This document shows, piece after piece, positions 9,772 to 19,302 of a stretch of 64,000 nucleotides of DNA (positions are counted from its first letter, which is position 1; each line of letters begins with the position of its first letter). The position numbers were made by a program, and so were the translations under genes. The stretch lies in contig JANQNK010000020.1 of assembly GCA_028279595.1 (NCBI GenBank), positions 160,001 to 224,000 on the forward strand. Direction: 5' to 3'. The DNA comes from Thermoplasmatota archaeon. GTDB lineage: Archaea > Thermoplasmatota > JAKEGO01. The notes below the pieces were generated by a model, which searched no databases, was not told the origin of the DNA, and saw nothing but the letters and a program-made list of their open reading frames with translations.

Positions 9772-10590
9772 TCACCAGATATATCCGTAGCTGACCAGCT
9801 TCGCTTCCTCGTCCTGGATCAGTCCGACCCCCGGAGCATAGGTCTTGTACTCCGTCTCGTCGTCCTCGAGGGGATTGTTCTCGGCCACTTTCAGGCATCC
9901 GTTGAACGTCCCCGCGGGTACCGTCATGGTCACGTCGACCTTCGCGTGTTTCGCACGGTCCATCGCCACCCCGGGAGCCACCTCCTGATAGTAAGCGGAC
10001 CCGAGTGTTATGAGCCCGGGCATCATGAGTCCGGCCTTCGCTCCGTCCACCCCGTGCTCCCATTCTCCCTCGTGGGAAACGATCTCGCCGTTCTCGTAGT
10101 CGTCCACTGCCTCGCCGAAGTAGAAGACACTGTTCGTCTCGACGTCGATCGCCATCCAGTTCCTCGAGACCTCGATCAGTTCTCCGTCGAGCCATTCCCT
10201 CTCTTCGTACACGCGGGCCTCTATCCCTCCCACCGTGTACGTGTCGTTGAGGATGGTTATCTGCAGTCTCAGCTCCTCTCCGTCATCAGTGCCTTCCAGG
10301 GTCATCCTGTATCCAGGCTCGAGTATCCAGAACTCGTTGCTGCCGTTGGATTTCCACGTCCTGGATGCGATCGCGAAGTCCCTTGTGTATACCGCCCTGC
10401 TGCCCTCGTCCTCTTCATCGTCCTCGAAGATGTCCTCGAAGGGGCCGTCGTCCATGCTGCCAGCCATCACGACGCTGAGGACCGCAAGACCGATGACCAG
10501 TCCGATCACGAACATGACCTTCGGCTTCTCGTTCCATTTGGGCTCAGGGCGCCTTCGCAGCGCCCGCTTCCTCGTCTCGTTCTTGTCCAT
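9772..10590 (-). CDS. Membrane-anchored acidic extracellular protein of unknown function
   Basis: Single N-terminal TM; acidic beta-rich domain ending KTYAPGVGLIQDE; AGGTG RBS. Confidence 0.75.
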   Translation of the reverse strand: MDKNETRKRALRRRPEPKWNEKPKVMFVIGLVIGLAVLSVVMAGSMDDGPFEDIFEDDEEDEGSRAVYTRDFAIASRTWKSNGSNEFWILEPGYRMTLEGTDDGEELRLQITILNDTYTVGGIEARVYEEREWLDGELIEVSRNWMAIDVETNSVFYFGEAVDDYENGEIVSHEGEWEHGVDGAKAGLMMPGLITLGSAYYQEVAPGVAMDRAKHAKVDVTMTVPAGTFNGCLKVAENNPLEDDETEYKTYAPGVGLIQDEEAKLVSYGYIW

Positions 10591-10685
10591 TTCATCACAC
10601 CTTTTTCGCTGATGACAACTTTTTCGACGACGGTATTAGTACTCTATGACACAAAAGGTGAAATATAGTACAAAGCGGAAAATGT

Positions 10686-11207
10686 TCAGCGCTCGAAGTA
10701 GATGTCCAGTGCATTGTCCACGAACCCATCCCAGAACGATCTCTTGTACAGGATGAGGAGCTCGACGACCTCGCGCTCGTTCATCACGGTGAAGAGATGC
10801 TCCCTGCCGGAGCGCTTCTGCCTCACAACCCCCTGCTCCCTCAGCACCTTCAGGTACTTCGAGAGCGTCGAATGCTTCAGGGACAGGCGTTCCGCTATCC
10901 CCGAGTGGGTGGTCCCCGGATTCGCCATGATGTCCAATATAATATCACGGAATCTCTTCTGTCTCAGATAGGGCGCCACCTTCTTGCTGGCTGCAGAAAG
11001 CTTGCCGGCCGCGAAGTACACCTTGAGGTTCTTCTCCTCCCGGCCTACGATGAGCTCCTTCTCCTCGAGGTAGTCCAGGTGGTACCTGAGGGTGCTCAGA
11101 TGGATATCGAGGTCCCGGGATATGCGCCTCAGATGGGTCCCTGGATTCCTCTCTATGTAGTCGTATATGGTACGATGGTTCTCCAGCCTGATGTCCTCTT
11201 CGCTCAT
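10686..11207 (-). CDS. Double winged-helix (ArsR-like) transcriptional regulator
   Basis: IYDYIERNPGTHLRRISRDL..STLRYHLDYL and a second HTH NPGTTHSGIAERL. The start overlaps the upstream stop (TGATG). Confidence 0.88.
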   Translation of the reverse strand: MSEEDIRLENHRTIYDYIERNPGTHLRRISRDLDIHLSTLRYHLDYLEEKELIVGREEKNLKVYFAAGKLSAASKKVAPYLRQKRFRDIILDIMANPGTTHSGIAERLSLKHSTLSKYLKVLREQGVVRQKRSGREHLFTVMNEREVVELLILYKRSFWDGFVDNALDIYFER

Positions 11208-11491
11208 CAGTCGCTCCCCTTGGACACAAGGGAGAGTGTTATCAGAACGACTATCGCTATCTGGATCATCGCGATCCATGCCCACCATGGGTCCTCGCTG
11301 AAGTCGGCCACGATGAATCGGACGGCCAGTGCGGCGGCCTCGACCAGTACGAGGAGGAATGCGAGCGCTGTGTAAAGCAGTCGTTTGCTCTTCACACTCA
11401 GGTAAGCCCTGAAGAAGATGATCACCGGCAACAACGAAACGATCGCTGCCAGGAGCCACAATATCCCATTGACCTCGAACTCGATCTCCAT
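11207..11491 (-). CDS. Small three-TM membrane protein translationally coupled to the HTH regulator
   Basis: MEIEFEVNGILWLLAAIV...; three hydrophobic helices; AAGGA RBS. Confidence 0.75.
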   Translation of the reverse strand: MEIEFEVNGILWLLAAIVSLLPVIIFFRAYLSVKSKRLLYTALAFLLVLVEAAALAVRFIVADFSEDPWWAWIAMIQIAIVVLITLSLVSKGSD

Positions 11492-11561
11492 CCTTTCACC
11501 ATCGATGGATTGCACTCAGCGGTTATTATGGGTTGTGGCACAAAGTGTGAAGGGAATTCGG

Positions 11562-12155
11562 CTACTTCTTCTTCGTTCGAGGAAGCATCCTGTAGCGGTT
11601 GTAGTATTTTCGCCGTCTGGTCACACCGACATTGTTGTGCGGCTTGAACTGGCCGCTCACGGACCTGAGGTCCTCTACGGTGAACGCTGCCTTCGGATTG
11701 TTCCTCTTCACGTTCCTGATTATGCCCCTGACCTCCTTCCGCCTCAGAGGCATGTAGATGATGTTGACTGGACCCTCGTCGCTGTCAGCATCGATGATGG
11801 TGTACTTGTGGCCCTCGCTCTCGAGATATTCGATCGTCTCGACCGCTGTGCGCCTCGTTATCACCCGCAGGACGACGTAACCGATGGAGATGCGCTCCTC
11901 CAGGTGGATCCCGACGTAGTTGCCGATGGCGAAACCGAGGCCGTAAGCGACGTAGTTCACCCAGTTGGTGAGGTTCTGGATTATCTGGCCAATGGCTATC
12001 AGCCAGATGATGACCTCGAAGAATCCGAGTGAGGCCGATGCCAGCTTCATCCCCTTCGACACGTATATGATCCGAAGGGTCCCGATCGTAACGTCCGTTA
12101 TGCGGGCGGCGCAGATAAGCACCGGGACGATGAGCAGCATCGGATCGAAAGCCAT
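11562..12155 (-). CDS. UPF0316 (DUF2179/DUF5698) membrane protein
   Basis: ARITDVTIGTLR, GFFEVIIW, YGLGFAIGNYVG and AFTVED motifs. Confidence 0.88.
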   Translation of the reverse strand: MAFDPMLLIVPVLICAARITDVTIGTLRIIYVSKGMKLASASLGFFEVIIWLIAIGQIIQNLTNWVNYVAYGLGFAIGNYVGIHLEERISIGYVVLRVITRRTAVETIEYLESEGHKYTIIDADSDEGPVNIIYMPLRRKEVRGIIRNVKRNNPKAAFTVEDLRSVSGQFKPHNNVGVTRRRKYYNRYRMLPRTKKK

Positions 12156-12246
12156 TCTGACCCTCCTTTCGGACGCCCTCACACCAGTGACGGGTATTTA
12201 AGACTTGCCGTGGGATAACAGCATATGCCAGACATCGTAAGGCAGA

Positions 12247-14151
12247 TCAGTCTTCCTTACCGTATCCGATGGTCCCGACCGCGTCCTCGATCTCGTCGAG
12301 CGATGTCGGATCGTCTATGGTCGAGGGGGTGCTGTAGTTCGCACCGTCCGCGATCTTCCTTATCGTCCCCCGAAGCACTTTTCCGGAGCGTGTCTTCGGG
12401 AGCCTGTCGACGAAGGCTGCCTGCTTGAAGCATGCTATGGGTCCGACCTCTCCCCTTACACGCTGGACGAGGTCTGTCAGGATCTCCTCCTCGGGTGTCG
12501 TCGCACCCTTCTTCAGGACCACGAAGCCGATGGGGACCTGACCCTTGAGCTTGTCGTGGGCTCCGACCACCGCGCACTCCGCCACGTCTGGATGGTGGGA
12601 TATGATCTCCTCCATCGCTCCCGTGGACAGCCTGTGGCCGGCCACGTTTATCACGTCGTCGACGCGGCCCATGACGAATACGTAGCCGTCCTCGTCGATG
12701 TAACCGCCGTCGCCTGTGAAATAGTATCCCGGGAACGGGTCCATGTAGGATTCGATGTACCGCTTCTCGTTCTGCCAGAGGCCTGTGAAACAGCCAGGGG
12801 GCAGCGGGAGCTTGACGCCGATGATCCCTTCCTGGCCCCTCGGCAGCTCCTTGCCGTCGGGATCGAGAATGTGGACATCGTAGCCAGGAACCGGCATCGT
12901 CGCGGATCCCGGTTTCACCTCGAACGTGGTGAGGTCCCTGAAGTTGCCGGTGATGGCCCAGGCGGTCTCGGTCTGCCACCAGTGGTCGTAGACAGGGACA
13001 CCGAGGAGCTTCGTCGCCCAGAAGTACGTGTCAGGATCGGTCCTCTCGCCTGCGAGGAAGAGGGTCTCGAACTTGGAGAGGTCGTACTTACTCATGAACT
13101 CACCCTCGGGGTCCTCCCTCTTGATGGCCCTGAATGCCGTCGGGGCGGTGAACATGACCTTGACGCCGTGCTCCGAGATGACGCGCCAGAAGGCTCCCGC
13201 GTCCGGGGTACCGATCGGCTTCCCCTCGTACATCACGGTGGTCGCACCGAGAAGGAGCGGGGCGTAGATGATGTAGGAATGGCCGACGACCCATCCGACG
13301 TCCGATGCGGTCCACCAGATGTCGCCGGGCTCGATGCCGTATATGTGCTTCATGGTCCAGAGCAGTGCTACAGCGTGTCCGCCGTTGTCCCGTACCACTC
13401 CCTTCGGGATGCCTGTCGTGCCGGAGGTGTAAAGGATGTAGAGCGGGTCCGTTGCCTTCACCGGAACGCAGTCCGCGGGCTCTGCCGCATCGACGACCTC
13501 GTTCCAGTCGAGATCCCGGCCCTCGACCATATCGGACGTCACTTCCGGGCGCTGGTACATGATGACGTGGTCCGGCTTCCACTCGGCTATGTCGATAGCC
13601 TGGTCGAGAAGTGGATGATATGGAATTATCTTCTTTCCCTCGATGCCGCAGGAAGCGGACACGATGACCTTCGGCTTGGCGTCGTCGATCCTTATGGCCA
13701 GCTCCTTCGGGGCGAACCCTCCGAAGACGACCGAGTGGATGGCCCCGATACGAGCGCAGGCGAACATCGCGACCAGCGCCTCCGGGATCATCGGCATGTA
13801 TATGACGACGGTGTCGCCCTTCTCCACTCCCTGGTCCCTGAGGGCTCCGGCGAACCTCGCCACCCTGTGCCTGATCTCGGAGTACGTGAACTTCTCGATC
13901 GTACCGCCGGTGACGGGGCTGTCATATATGAGCGCGATCTGGTCACCACGACCGTTCTCGCAATGCCTGTCGAGGGCGTTGTAGCATGTGTTGAGCTCGC
14001 CCCCGACGAACCACCTGTAGTGTGGTGGGTCGGTGAAGTCCAAGACCTGGTCCCACTTCCTGTGCCAGTCCAGACCTTCCGCGACCTCTCCCCAGAACCG
14101 TTCCGGTTCGTCGATGGACATCCTGAATGCTTCGTCGTAGTTCATTTGCAT
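12247..14151 (-). CDS. prpE: Propionyl-/acetyl-CoA synthetase (AMP-forming)
   Basis: YILYTSGTTGIPKG, DHWWQTE, GRVDDVINVAGHRLST, LPKTRSGK; GVVRDNGGHAVAL is typical of the PrpE type. Confidence 0.88.
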   Translation of the reverse strand: MQMNYDEAFRMSIDEPERFWGEVAEGLDWHRKWDQVLDFTDPPHYRWFVGGELNTCYNALDRHCENGRGDQIALIYDSPVTGGTIEKFTYSEIRHRVARFAGALRDQGVEKGDTVVIYMPMIPEALVAMFACARIGAIHSVVFGGFAPKELAIRIDDAKPKVIVSASCGIEGKKIIPYHPLLDQAIDIAEWKPDHVIMYQRPEVTSDMVEGRDLDWNEVVDAAEPADCVPVKATDPLYILYTSGTTGIPKGVVRDNGGHAVALLWTMKHIYGIEPGDIWWTASDVGWVVGHSYIIYAPLLLGATTVMYEGKPIGTPDAGAFWRVISEHGVKVMFTAPTAFRAIKREDPEGEFMSKYDLSKFETLFLAGERTDPDTYFWATKLLGVPVYDHWWQTETAWAITGNFRDLTTFEVKPGSATMPVPGYDVHILDPDGKELPRGQEGIIGVKLPLPPGCFTGLWQNEKRYIESYMDPFPGYYFTGDGGYIDEDGYVFVMGRVDDVINVAGHRLSTGAMEEIISHHPDVAECAVVGAHDKLKGQVPIGFVVLKKGATTPEEEILTDLVQRVRGEVGPIACFKQAAFVDRLPKTRSGKVLRGTIRKIADGANYSTPSTIDDPTSLDEIEDAVGTIGYGKED

Positions 14152-14333
14152 ACCCCCGTTGAGTGCGGTCGGATGGGAGTAGAGAGGTCTCTGTAATAAA
14201 TCTTACCGTTGACGGGGAAAGGGGAACGTTCATTGACGTTCCATTCACGCGCTCACTGACGTCTCGGCCTGTCAGCAACGCGTATCGAGTACGAAGGTTC
14301 CCGTTGGACCTGGGATCGACCTACAAGCGATGT

Positions 14334-15488
14334 CTACATCTCATCGAGAACGCTGTCGATGTTCTCGGCGATGATCTTCTTCTGCACCTCGGGAGCGCCC
14401 TCTCCCAACAGTGCGGCCTTGGCGTCATGAGGATACTCGGCCACCGGATGGGTCGCCATTACACCCCGTGCTCCAAAGGCCTCCGTCGCCCACTGGGTGA
14501 TCCCCATTCCCTCCTCCGTGTTGAAGAGTTTGGCCATGGAAGCGTTGGCCCGGGACTCCCGGCCAGTATCGCTGAGCCACGCGGCCTTCTCGACAAGAAG
14601 CCATCCCGCCTCGAGTCTGGCCAGGTTGTCCGCGAACTCAACCCTCTTGGACTCGTGCTCGAACAGCGTCTTCCCGAATGCCTTCCTCCTGCGTACGTGG
14701 TCGTATGCCATCCTGTACGATCCCAGGGCGGTCCCGAGAGCAAGCGCTGCTATCCCTATCCTGCTGGAATTGAAGATGTCCATAGTCTGGTAGAACCCGC
14801 GTTCCGGTTCGCCTATCATATTCTCGGCCGGTATCCTGACGTCCTCGAACCTGAGAGTGGAGAGATGGGATTCCTTCCATCCGTACTTCTGCATCCTCAT
14901 CCTCGTCAGGCCGTCGGCATCGCCGTCGACCGCGAACTGCGAGATGCCTCGATGCGCCCTGGCGGCTCCGGGGTCCGTCACCGCGGTGAACACCACGTGG
15001 TCGGACAGGTCTCCGTTCGTGATGTAGGCCTTCGTCCCGTTGATCACCCACTCATCACCGTCCCGCTCGGCTGTCGTGGTCAGCGCCGAAGCGTCGGAAC
15101 CTGCCCCCGGTTCGGTGTTCGCGAAGGCGATGACGGCGTCACCGTCCATCCCGGGCACCATGTACCTCTTCTGCTGTTCAGGGGTCCCGAAGAAATGGAA
15201 CGCCTGGACACCGAGCTGGGAGTGGGCGAATGCGGCGATCGCCAGACCGCCGGACAGCTGTGCTAGCTCCCTGTAAGTGTGAATGTTCATCTGCCATGGT
15301 ATCCGGACGTCGCCATCTTCCGTGTGCCTGAACCCGAGAAGTCCCTCCGAGCCGAGGATCTTCCACAATTCGTGCGGAGTGGTCATGTCCGCCTTCCAGG
15401 ACGGATGCTCTGGTCGTAGACGCTCCTCTATGACCCTCTTGACATGCTCGATGAACTCGACCTCTGCCCCTGACCTGCTGAAATCCAA
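14334..15488 (-). CDS. Acyl-CoA dehydrogenase
   Basis: TEPGAGSD, INGTKAYITNG, ASMAKLF, GEGAPEVQK. Confidence 0.93.
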   Translation of the reverse strand: MDFSRSGAEVEFIEHVKRVIEERLRPEHPSWKADMTTPHELWKILGSEGLLGFRHTEDGDVRIPWQMNIHTYRELAQLSGGLAIAAFAHSQLGVQAFHFFGTPEQQKRYMVPGMDGDAVIAFANTEPGAGSDASALTTTAERDGDEWVINGTKAYITNGDLSDHVVFTAVTDPGAARAHRGISQFAVDGDADGLTRMRMQKYGWKESHLSTLRFEDVRIPAENMIGEPERGFYQTMDIFNSSRIGIAALALGTALGSYRMAYDHVRRRKAFGKTLFEHESKRVEFADNLARLEAGWLLVEKAAWLSDTGRESRANASMAKLFNTEEGMGITQWATEAFGARGVMATHPVAEYPHDAKAALLGEGAPEVQKKIIAENIDSVLDEM

Positions 15489-15541
15489 TGGCTCACCCCG
15501 TTATGGGACCGGCCCGGGATTATTAATAAATTGGGCCGAAC

Positions 15542-15976
15542 CTATCTTCGGGAGTACGTTCCCATCAGGACAGCCTCGCCGATCTTGTTCTGCTCGACGA
15601 GCTGGTAGAAGTTCCTCGCAGTGATCGTCGGCAGTATCTCCACCCTGAGCGCGTACAGTTTGAAGAAGTAACGGTGTGTCCCTGTCGGCGGGCATGGTCC
15701 GCCGTAGTTCTCCTTGCCGAAGTCGTTCGTGACCTGGCGTGAACCCTCTGGCACCACCCCTCGCGGGATCTCCCTCGCCTCGGAGGATATGTCGCAAAGG
15801 AGCCAGTGGACCCATGTGCCCATGGGTGCGTCCGGATCGTCCACGATCACGGCGAAGCTCGCCGTGTCCCCGGGGACCGCGTCCCATGCGAGATGTGGCG
15901 AAACGTCCTCGCCGTCACAGGAGAACAACCTGGGTATCATGCCTTCGTGCTGAAAGTCCTCGCTCCACAACTTCAT
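15542..15976 (-). CDS. YbhB/YbcL (PEBP, Raf kinase inhibitor-like) protein
   Basis: DDPDAP..WVHW, YGGPCPP.GTHRYFFKLYAL. Confidence 0.93.
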   Translation of the reverse strand: MKLWSEDFQHEGMIPRLFSCDGEDVSPHLAWDAVPGDTASFAVIVDDPDAPMGTWVHWLLCDISSEAREIPRGVVPEGSRQVTNDFGKENYGGPCPPTGTHRYFFKLYALRVEILPTITARNFYQLVEQNKIGEAVLMGTYSRR

Positions 15977-16026
15977 TCGGATCCCCCCTTTCCGGGAACC
16001 GTCATACGGTTAATAATCCTTGCCCT

Positions 16027-16836
16027 TCAGAGCTTCGGGTGGCCCACCGAGCTCATGTAGATGACGGCCTCCTCCTCGCCGTCCACACCCACAAGGTGGT
16101 TCGACTCGCCGTCGAAGAGCGCGCCGATCTGGCATGTCGCCAGGTTGATGGCAACGGCCGCCAGGGCGAGGTTCTCCGCGATATGGCCCACATCCATGTA
16201 GACGTACCTGTAACCTCTCTGGCCGTACTTGAACAGCGTCCGCGCGAAAATGGCCGTCCATACGATCGTGGCTGGAGCCTCTGCTGCCATCATCTGGCCG
16301 AGCGCTGCCTGGGCAGCCTCTCCGCCCACCGACCCGGACCTTACCTCCTCGAGGTGGTGGCCCTTGATGTTGTAGTGATAGACCCCCTGTTCGACGCCGT
16401 CGACGTTGTTCACGACGATGTATGTCTCGATGGGATACAGTGCGCCGGCCGATGGAGCCGTCCGCAGCCTTTCGACCCTCGCGGAAACACGGAGCCCGGT
16501 CGATGACCAGAGCAGGAAGGACAGGTCGTCGAGCGCTAGGGACCTGTTCTCGTAGTGGCGGACGCTCCTCCGATCCCGAAGGACCACGTCCATCGATAGT
16601 GTCCCCCACCTGTTCGGCTCCGGGAGCTCCACCTTCCGGGCCTCGGGATACTGCTTGTATTGAGCGGGCCTCCTGATGGAGCGCTCCTTGGTCCCGGAGA
16701 CCCCGTCCCTGGAGTACCTGGTCTCCCTGTGGAACCTGTCGCCTACGCCCTCGTCGTCCTTTCCGAACGTGCCGGTCACCGTATCTGTAATGGGACTATG
16801 GATATTAGAACGTAACCCGAAAGGACCGATGATCAC
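16027..16836 (-). CDS. SagB/ThcOx-family FMN-dependent nitroreductase
   Basis: RRSVRHY, RTAPSAGALYPIE, KYGQRGYRYVYMDVGH. Start uncertain (alternative GTG at 16779). Confidence 0.88.
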   Translation of the reverse strand: MIIGPFGLRSNIHSPITDTVTGTFGKDDEGVGDRFHRETRYSRDGVSGTKERSIRRPAQYKQYPEARKVELPEPNRWGTLSMDVVLRDRRSVRHYENRSLALDDLSFLLWSSTGLRVSARVERLRTAPSAGALYPIETYIVVNNVDGVEQGVYHYNIKGHHLEEVRSGSVGGEAAQAALGQMMAAEAPATIVWTAIFARTLFKYGQRGYRYVYMDVGHIAENLALAAVAINLATCQIGALFDGESNHLVGVDGEEEAVIYMSSVGHPKL

Positions 16837-17906
16837 GGCTTCAGTCGTTTCAGGGTGTACTCCAGCACGCGGCCGACGGCTTCGAGGCTCTTCCCCGAGA
16901 CCTTGTCTGGGGTGTCCTCCTGGGTGTGCCAGTAGTTCTCGGTCTCGTCCGGGTACTGGAAGTCGATGAGGTCAATGGCGGGGATGCCCCGGTCTATGAA
17001 CGGGTTGTGGTCGTCCCCGATGTACTGGCCGTCCTCGTCGACGAACTGCTTCACACCGAGCTTCTCAGCATTGGACCAGATGATGTCCATCAACTCCTCG
17101 TCGCTCTCCATGGAGTACAGCTCGCGGGGGATACGAAGTTCGGCGTCGCCGACCATGTCCACGACGATGACGTGCGCGATCTCCTCGACCTCGAGCGGAT
17201 CGAGGTTCTCGGCGTAGTAACGGCTCCCGTAGAACATGCTGCTTGCAGCGGGTCCTGAGTCCTCTCCATCCGTGAAGAGGAACTTGATCGTGAACGGGAG
17301 GTCCTCGTCCTTCAGGACCCTTCCGAGTTCCAGGAGCACCGCCACCCCCGAGGCTCCGTCGTTGGCCCCGACGATGGGCTTGTAGTAGTCCTCGTGGTCC
17401 GTCGGCCTCTTGCCGGGAGGCTGCTTTGCGTTCCTGTCCGAATATGGCCTCGTGTCGTAGTGGGCGATGAGCAGGATCGTCGGGTCGCCGGTATCCCTGC
17501 TCTCCTTCCAGGCGATGACGTTGGAGAACGGGGTTCCGTCCCAGTCGCCGTACCATCCAGTGAAGTTCTGGTACCTCGTCCGGTACCCGTACCCCTTCAT
17601 CGTGTCCTTGATCTCCTGGGCGACGGCCCGCTGGGCCGAGGTGTTCGGGGTCCTGAACCCGGCGTCGCACTGCCATTCCACGTGCTCGTAGGCCTTCTCC
17701 CCCGAGAACTCGAGGTTGTCGTAGGGCTCGTCCTCATCATCCGTCGTCAGAAGTGAGTACGCGGCGAGGGAGACCAATGCAGCGATGACGAGGACCGCCG
17801 CTATGACCATGAAAGTGTTGGGTGAACTCGTCTTCATGGGCCGGCGCGCCTTCGACCTGCCCTTGGCCTTCTCCTTCGGGGCCTCCTCGGCCTCCTCCCT
17901 GTACAT
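16833..17906 (-). CDS. M28-family zinc peptidase / glutaminyl-cyclase-like protein, membrane-anchored
   Basis: AHYDTRP, GANDGASG, DGED, DMVGD, DDH and WHTQED ligand motifs; N-terminal TM. Confidence 0.88.
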   Translation of the reverse strand: MYREEAEEAPKEKAKGRSKARRPMKTSSPNTFMVIAAVLVIAALVSLAAYSLLTTDDEDEPYDNLEFSGEKAYEHVEWQCDAGFRTPNTSAQRAVAQEIKDTMKGYGYRTRYQNFTGWYGDWDGTPFSNVIAWKESRDTGDPTILLIAHYDTRPYSDRNAKQPPGKRPTDHEDYYKPIVGANDGASGVAVLLELGRVLKDEDLPFTIKFLFTDGEDSGPAASSMFYGSRYYAENLDPLEVEEIAHVIVVDMVGDAELRIPRELYSMESDEELMDIIWSNAEKLGVKQFVDEDGQYIGDDHNPFIDRGIPAIDLIDFQYPDETENYWHTQEDTPDKVSGKSLEAVGRVLEYTLKRLKP

Positions 17907-17925
17907 CTTGCGTCGCTTCGCCAGG

Positions 17926-19257
17926 TCACCGCCCCCTTGAGAGCCGTCTTATCAGGGCGTCTGCCGCGCTGGCCATCGGATTGACGCACTCGCTTGCGAG
18001 GGGCGCGTAGCACCAGTCCGTGGTGGCCAGATCGTATGCTGTCAGTCCCGAGGTCACCGCGAGTGCGATGTAGTTGACCGTCTCCGATACCCCGTGGGGT
18101 CCGAAGACCTGACCGCCGACGATCCGTCCGGTGTCCGAGAGAGCCGTAAGTTTGATGGTGATCCTGTCGTCAGATATGTAATGGGGCCTGAGGTGTGACT
18201 GCATCTTGACCGAGATGGTCTCGAATCCGTCCTTGGCCGCCCTGCCGTCGGTCAATGCTGCCCCGCCCGCATGGAATGTGTGGGTCGCGACCACCCAGGA
18301 ACCCAGTGCTCCTGGGAACGACGCCTTTCCTCCGGCCATGTTCACCCCTGCTACCCTCCCCTGGCGTGTGGCCACCCCTGCGAGCCGCATCGGCGAGGGC
18401 TTCTCGCTGACGAGGTCGATGGTGTCGACGCAGTCCCCGGCGGCGTAGACGCCGCTCACCGTCGTCGTCATCAGATTGCTCACGAGGATACCGCCGTGCT
18501 CGCCGATGTCGCAGCCTATCGACCGGGCGAGCCCTATCTCGGGGACCACTCCGGTCGCGAGCACCACCAGGTTGGCGCCGATCTCCTCGTTGCCGGCCAG
18601 TACGCCCGTGACATGACCGTCGCCGACGATCCTCTCGAGCATGGCGTCCGTAACGATCCTGACGCCCTCCTCCTCGAGTGCCGCCGCCACGTTCTTCGAG
18701 ATGTCCGGGTCCAGCGAGGCCGGGAGGAGTTCCGGGGCCATCTCCACGAGCACCGTCTCGATCCCACGTCCGGCAAGTTCCGACGCGGTCTCCACGCCGA
18801 TGGCGCTGCCGCCGACGACCACCGCTTTAGTGGCAGTCTCCGCTGACGAGATGATCCCCCGGGCGTGCTCCGGTGTCTTGAGGACGTGGACGTTCTCGAG
18901 GTCGGTCCCGTCGACTGGCGGGACCATGGGCCGTGTGCCTGTTGCGATGAGCAATGAATCATAATTGAACGTGAGTTCGCCATCCTGGCCGACCGCGCCC
19001 ACCGTCCTCCGGTCGGGATCGATGTCGGTCACCGTCGTCCCGTTGAGGAGCTTGACCTTCCTGTACCTGGCCTGCTCCACGACGTTGGCGAGTTCCAGGT
19101 TCCCTCCGATGGCGAAGGGGAGGGAGCAGGGGTGGTAGATGTCGTGTCCTCCAGAGTTGATGACCGTGATGTCCGCCTCCCTGTCGGTGAGGGAAGCGTA
19201 GCCCGCGGCGGTCATGCCCGCCGGGCCGTGTCCGATGATAACGATTCGTCGCGCCAT
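17926..19257 (-). CDS. FAD-dependent pyridine nucleotide-disulfide oxidoreductase (NADH oxidase/CoA-disulfide reductase family)
   Basis: GxGxxG, redox Cys in HPCSLPF, ATG, VYAAGDC, CYAP; GAGGAG RBS before MARRIV. Confidence 0.88.
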   Translation of the reverse strand: MARRIVIIGHGPAGMTAAGYASLTDREADITVINSGGHDIYHPCSLPFAIGGNLELANVVEQARYRKVKLLNGTTVTDIDPDRRTVGAVGQDGELTFNYDSLLIATGTRPMVPPVDGTDLENVHVLKTPEHARGIISSAETATKAVVVGGSAIGVETASELAGRGIETVLVEMAPELLPASLDPDISKNVAAALEEEGVRIVTDAMLERIVGDGHVTGVLAGNEEIGANLVVLATGVVPEIGLARSIGCDIGEHGGILVSNLMTTTVSGVYAAGDCVDTIDLVSEKPSPMRLAGVATRQGRVAGVNMAGGKASFPGALGSWVVATHTFHAGGAALTDGRAAKDGFETISVKMQSHLRPHYISDDRITIKLTALSDTGRIVGGQVFGPHGVSETVNYIALAVTSGLTAYDLATTDWCYAPLASECVNPMASAADALIRRLSRGR

Positions 19258-19302
19258 GGCTCCTCGTGTCGGAATGCCCATGTCCCCATATAATCGATTT
19301 GG

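Noticed and set aside
11208-11459. N-terminal extension of the HTH regulator ORF
   Set aside because: Overlaps the membrane-protein gene in another frame; TGATG coupling supports 11207 as the start.
12556-15266. Long plus-strand ORFs 12556..14196 and 14163..15266
   Set aside because: Antisense to clear acyl-CoA synthetase and dehydrogenase genes, with no recognisable motifs.
16027-16836. SagB-like gene as part of a RiPP (azole peptide) cluster
   Set aside because: No YcaO, precursor peptide or transporter nearby; stand-alone members of this family are common in archaea.
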